DNA of 64,000 bases from the human T2T-CHM13v2.0 reference genome, Homo sapiens, in assembly GCF_009914755.1 (NCBI RefSeq), contig NC_060936.1. The stretch is one strand, 5' to 3'. Each line of letters starts with the position of its first letter. The first letter of the stretch is position 1. This document shows, piece after piece, positions 60,001-64,000 of this stretch. The translations under genes were made by a program, and so were the position numbers. A model generated the notes under the pieces. That model searched no databases, was not told the DNA's origin, and saw only the letters and a list, made by a program, of their open reading frames with translations.

Positions 60001-63000
60001 GTCTATATGGGAAGATATTTCCCCTTCCACCACCGGACACAAAGGGCTCCAAATATCCACTTGCAGATTCTAAGAAAAAAGAGTTTTTCAAAACTGCACA
60101 ATCAAAAGAAATATTCAACTCTGCGAAATGAATGCACACAAAACAAAGGAGTTTCTGAGAATGTTTCTGTGTAGTTTTTATGTGAAGATATTTTCTTTTA
60201 CACCATGGGCCTCAAAGCACTCCAAATATCCACTTGCAGATTCTTCGAAAAGTGTTTTTCGAAATTGCTCAATCAAAAGAAAGGTTCAAGTCTGTGTGAT
60301 GAATGCATACAAAATGAAGAAGTTTCTCACAATGCTTCTGTTTAGTTTTTATGTGAAGATATATCCATTTACATTATAGGCCACAAAGGTATCAAAATAT
60401 TCACTTGCAGATACTACTAAAAGAGAGTTTCAAAACTGCTCTATCAAAAGATAGGTTCAACTCTGTGAGTTGAAAGCACATATCACAAAGAAGTTTCTCA
60501 GAATGCTTCTGTGTAGTTTTTATGGGAAGATAATTCCTTTTCCACCATTGGCCTCAAAGCACTCCAAATATCCACTTGCAGATTCTACAAAAAGCGTGTT
60601 TCAAAACTGCTAAATGAAAAGAGATGTTCAACTATGTGAGATGAATACACACATGACAAACAAGTTTCTCAGAATGCATCTGTGTAGTTTTCATGTGAAG
60701 ATATTTCCTTTTCCACCATAGACCGCAAAGAGCTCCAAATATTAACTTGTAGATTCTACAAAACGGAGTTTCAAAAATGCTCTACTAAAAGATCGGTTCA
60801 TCTCTGTGTGATGAATGCTCACATCACAAAGATGTTTCTCAGATTGATTCAGTGTAATTTTTATGTGAAGATTTTTCCTTTTAAACCATAGGCCACAAAG
60901 CACTCCAAATATCCACTTGCAGATTCTACAAAAAGAGCGTTTTCAAACTGCTCAATCAAAAGAGAAGTTTAACTCTGTGAGATGAATGTACACATCACAA
61001 AGTAGTTTCTCAGAATGCCTTGGTGTACTTTTTATTGAAGATATTTCGTTTTCCAGCATGGGCCGCAAAGGTCTCCAAATATCCACTTGCAGATTCTACA
61101 AAAAGAGAATTTCAAAACTGCTCCAACTAAAAAAAGGTTCAACTCTGTGAGTTGAATGCACACATCACAAAGAGATTTCTCAATGCTTCTGTGTAGTTTT
61201 TATGTGAAGATATTTTTCTTTCCATCATATGCCACAAAGGGCTCCAAATATCCACCTGCAGATTATACAAAAAGAGCATTTCAAAACTGCTCTATCAAAA
61301 AATATGTTGAAATATGTGGGAGGAATTCACACATCACAAAGAAGTTTCTCAGAATGCTTCTGTGCAGTTTTTATAGGAGGATATTTCCTTTTCCACCATA
61401 GGCCACAAAGGACTCCAAGTAATCACTTGCAGAGTCTACAAAAAGAGTTTCAAAACTGCTCTATCAAATGACAGGTTCAACTCTGTGAGTTGAATGCACA
61501 CATCACAAAGAATTTTTTCAGAATGATTCTGTTAAATTTTTATGTGAAGAAGTTTCTGAGAATTCTTCTGTGTAGCTTTTATGTGAAGATTTTTCCTTTT
61601 CTACCATAGGCCACAAAGGTCTCCTAATATCCACCTGCAGATTCTACAAAAAGAGTGCTTCAAAACTGCTCAATCAAATGAAACTTTCAACTCTGTGAGA
61701 TGAATGCACACATCACCCATAAGTTTCTCAGAATACTTATGTGTAGTTGTTATAGGAAGATATTTCCTTTTCCACCAACAGCCACAAAGGGCTCCGAATA
61801 AAAAGTTACAGTTTCTACCAAAAGAAAGTTTCAAAACTACTCTATCAAAAGAAGGTTTAACTATGTGAGCTGAATGCACACATCACAAAGAAGTTTCTCA
61901 GAATGCTTCTGTGTAGTTTTTATGTGAAGATAGTACCTTTTCCACCATTGGCCTCAAAGCGCTCCAAATATCAACTTCCAGATTCTACAAAAAGAATGTT
62001 TCCAAACTGCTCAATCAAAAGAAATGTTCAACTATGTGAGGTAAATGCACACATCACAAACAAGTTTCTCAGAATGCATCTGTGTAGTTTTTATGTGAAG
62101 ATATTTCCTTTTCCACAAGAGAACCCAAAGCACTCCAAATATCCACTTGCAGATCCTACAAAACGAATATTTCAAAATTGCTGCATCAAATGAAGTCTTC
62201 AATTCTGTGAGTGAAAGCACACATCACAAAGAAGTTTCTCAGACTGCTTCTGTGTAGTTTTTATTGGAAGATATTTCCTTTTCCTACGTAGTCAACAAAG
62301 GGCTTCAAATAATGACTTGCAGATTCTACAAAAAAAGAATTTCAAAAATGCTGTATGAAAAGATAGGTTCAGCTCAGTCTGATGAATGCACACATCACAA
62401 ATAAGTTTCTCAGAACACTTCTGCATAGTTTTTATGTGAACATATTTCCTTTTCCAACACAGGCTGCAAAGAGCTCCAAATATCCACTTGCAGATTCTAC
62501 AAAAAGGGAGTTTCAAAACTGCTCTATCAAAAGATAGCTTCAACTCCGTGAGTTAATCGCACACATCACAAAGAAGTTTCTGAGAATGCTTCTGTGTAGT
62601 TTTTATGTGAAGATATTTCCTTTTCCACCATAGGCCTCGAAGCGCTCCGAATATCCACTTGCAGATTCTATGAAAAGAGTGTTTCCAAACTGCTCATTCA
62701 AAGGAAATGTTCAATTTTGTGAGAAGAATCCACACATCACCAAGAAATTTCTGAGAATGCGTCTGTGTAGTTTTTCTGTGAAGATATTTCTTTTTCCACA
62801 ATGGAAGTCAAAGAGCTCTGAATATCCACTTGCAGATTCTACAAAAAGAGTGTTGCAAAACTGCTCAATCAAATGAAAGACTCAACTCTGTGAGATTAAT
62901 GCACACCTCACAAGGAAGTTTCTAGAATGCTTCTGTGTAGTTTTTATTGGAAGATAGTTCCTTTTCCCCCATGTGAAACAAAGGGCTCCAAATAACCACT

Positions 63001-64000
63001 TACAGTTTCTATAAAAGAGAGTTTCAAAACTGCTCTATAAAACATAGGTTCAACTCTGCGACTTGGATGCACTCATCACAAAGAAATTTCTCAGAATGAT
63101 TCTGTGTAATTTTTATGTGAAGATATTTCCTTCTCCACCAGAGGCCTCAAAGGGCCCCAAATATCCACTTGCAGATTCTACAAAAAGAGTGTCAAAACTG
63201 CTCAATCAAAAGATAGGTTCAACTCTGTAAGATGAATGCACACAAAACAAATGAGCTTCTGATAATGCTTCTGTGTAGTTTTATGTGAAGATGTTTCCTT
63301 TTCCACAATAGGCCACAAAGTGCTCCAAATATCCACTTGCAGATTCTACAAAAAGAGTGTTTCCAGACTGCTCAATCAAAAGAGAGGTTTAACTCTGTGA
63401 GATGAATGCACTCATCACAAAGAAGTTTCTCAGAATGCTTCTGTGAAGTTTTTTTTTGAAGATATTTTTTATGCCTCCATTGGCCGAAAGGGTTCCAAAT
63501 ATCCACTTGCAGATTCTAAAAAGGAGAGCATCAAAACTGCTCTATCAAAGATAGGTTCAACTCTGTGAGTTGAATGCACACATCACAAAGAGGTTTCTCA
63601 GAATGCTACTGTGTAGTTTTTATGTGAAGATATATCCTTTTCCACCATAGGCCACAAAGGGCTCCAAATATCCATTTGCAGATTCTACAAAAAGAATGTT
63701 TCAAAACTGCTCTATCAAATGTTAGGTTCAACTCTGTGAGATGAATGCACACATCACAAAGAAGTTTCTCAGAATGCTTCTTAGTAGTTTTATGTGAAGA
63801 TTTTTCTTTTTAAACCGTAGGCCTCAAAACGCTCTAAATATCCACCTGCAAATTCTACAATAAGAGTATTTCAAAACTGCTCAATCAAAAGAAAGGTTCC
63901 ACTCTCTGAGATGAATTCACACATCTCAAAGAAGTTTCTCAGAATACTTCTGTGTATTTCTATGTGAAGATATTTCCTTTTCCACAATAGGCCTCCTAGG
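57026..64000 (-). repeat. Alpha satellite, diverged monomeric, reverse orientation
   Basis: ~171-bp periodic cacatcacaaagaagtttctcagaatgcttctgtgtagtttttatgtgaag; no intact CENP-B box seen. Confidence 0.98.

Overview
This is hominid (human or great ape) pericentromeric DNA. About 52 kb is diverged, mostly monomeric alpha satellite (~171-bp units, roughly 300 monomers). It is interrupted by two near full-length, inactivated L1PA3-like LINE-1 elements (30030-36011 minus, 50872-57025 plus) and a 126-bp L1 3' stub (19355-19480). There are no host protein-coding genes, and the satellite ORFs in the track are artefacts. The satellite switches strand twice (~14393 and ~36428), defining a ~22-kb inverted block whose ends nearly restore monomer register when flipped back. 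Other structure includes a CENP-B-box island at 8.7-12.0 kb, a box-less ~341-bp dimeric domain at 36.4-49.5 kb, a ~99% identical 1.34-kb duplication and several older multi-monomer duplications. The two L1s were inserted independently yet share many apparently non-consensus substitutions. I see no evidence of a new coding system; the candidate novelties are structural and evolutionary. Satellite strand '+' means the conventional cattctgagaaacttctttgtgatgtgtgcattc orientation. L1 consensus comparisons are from recall and need confirming by alignment.
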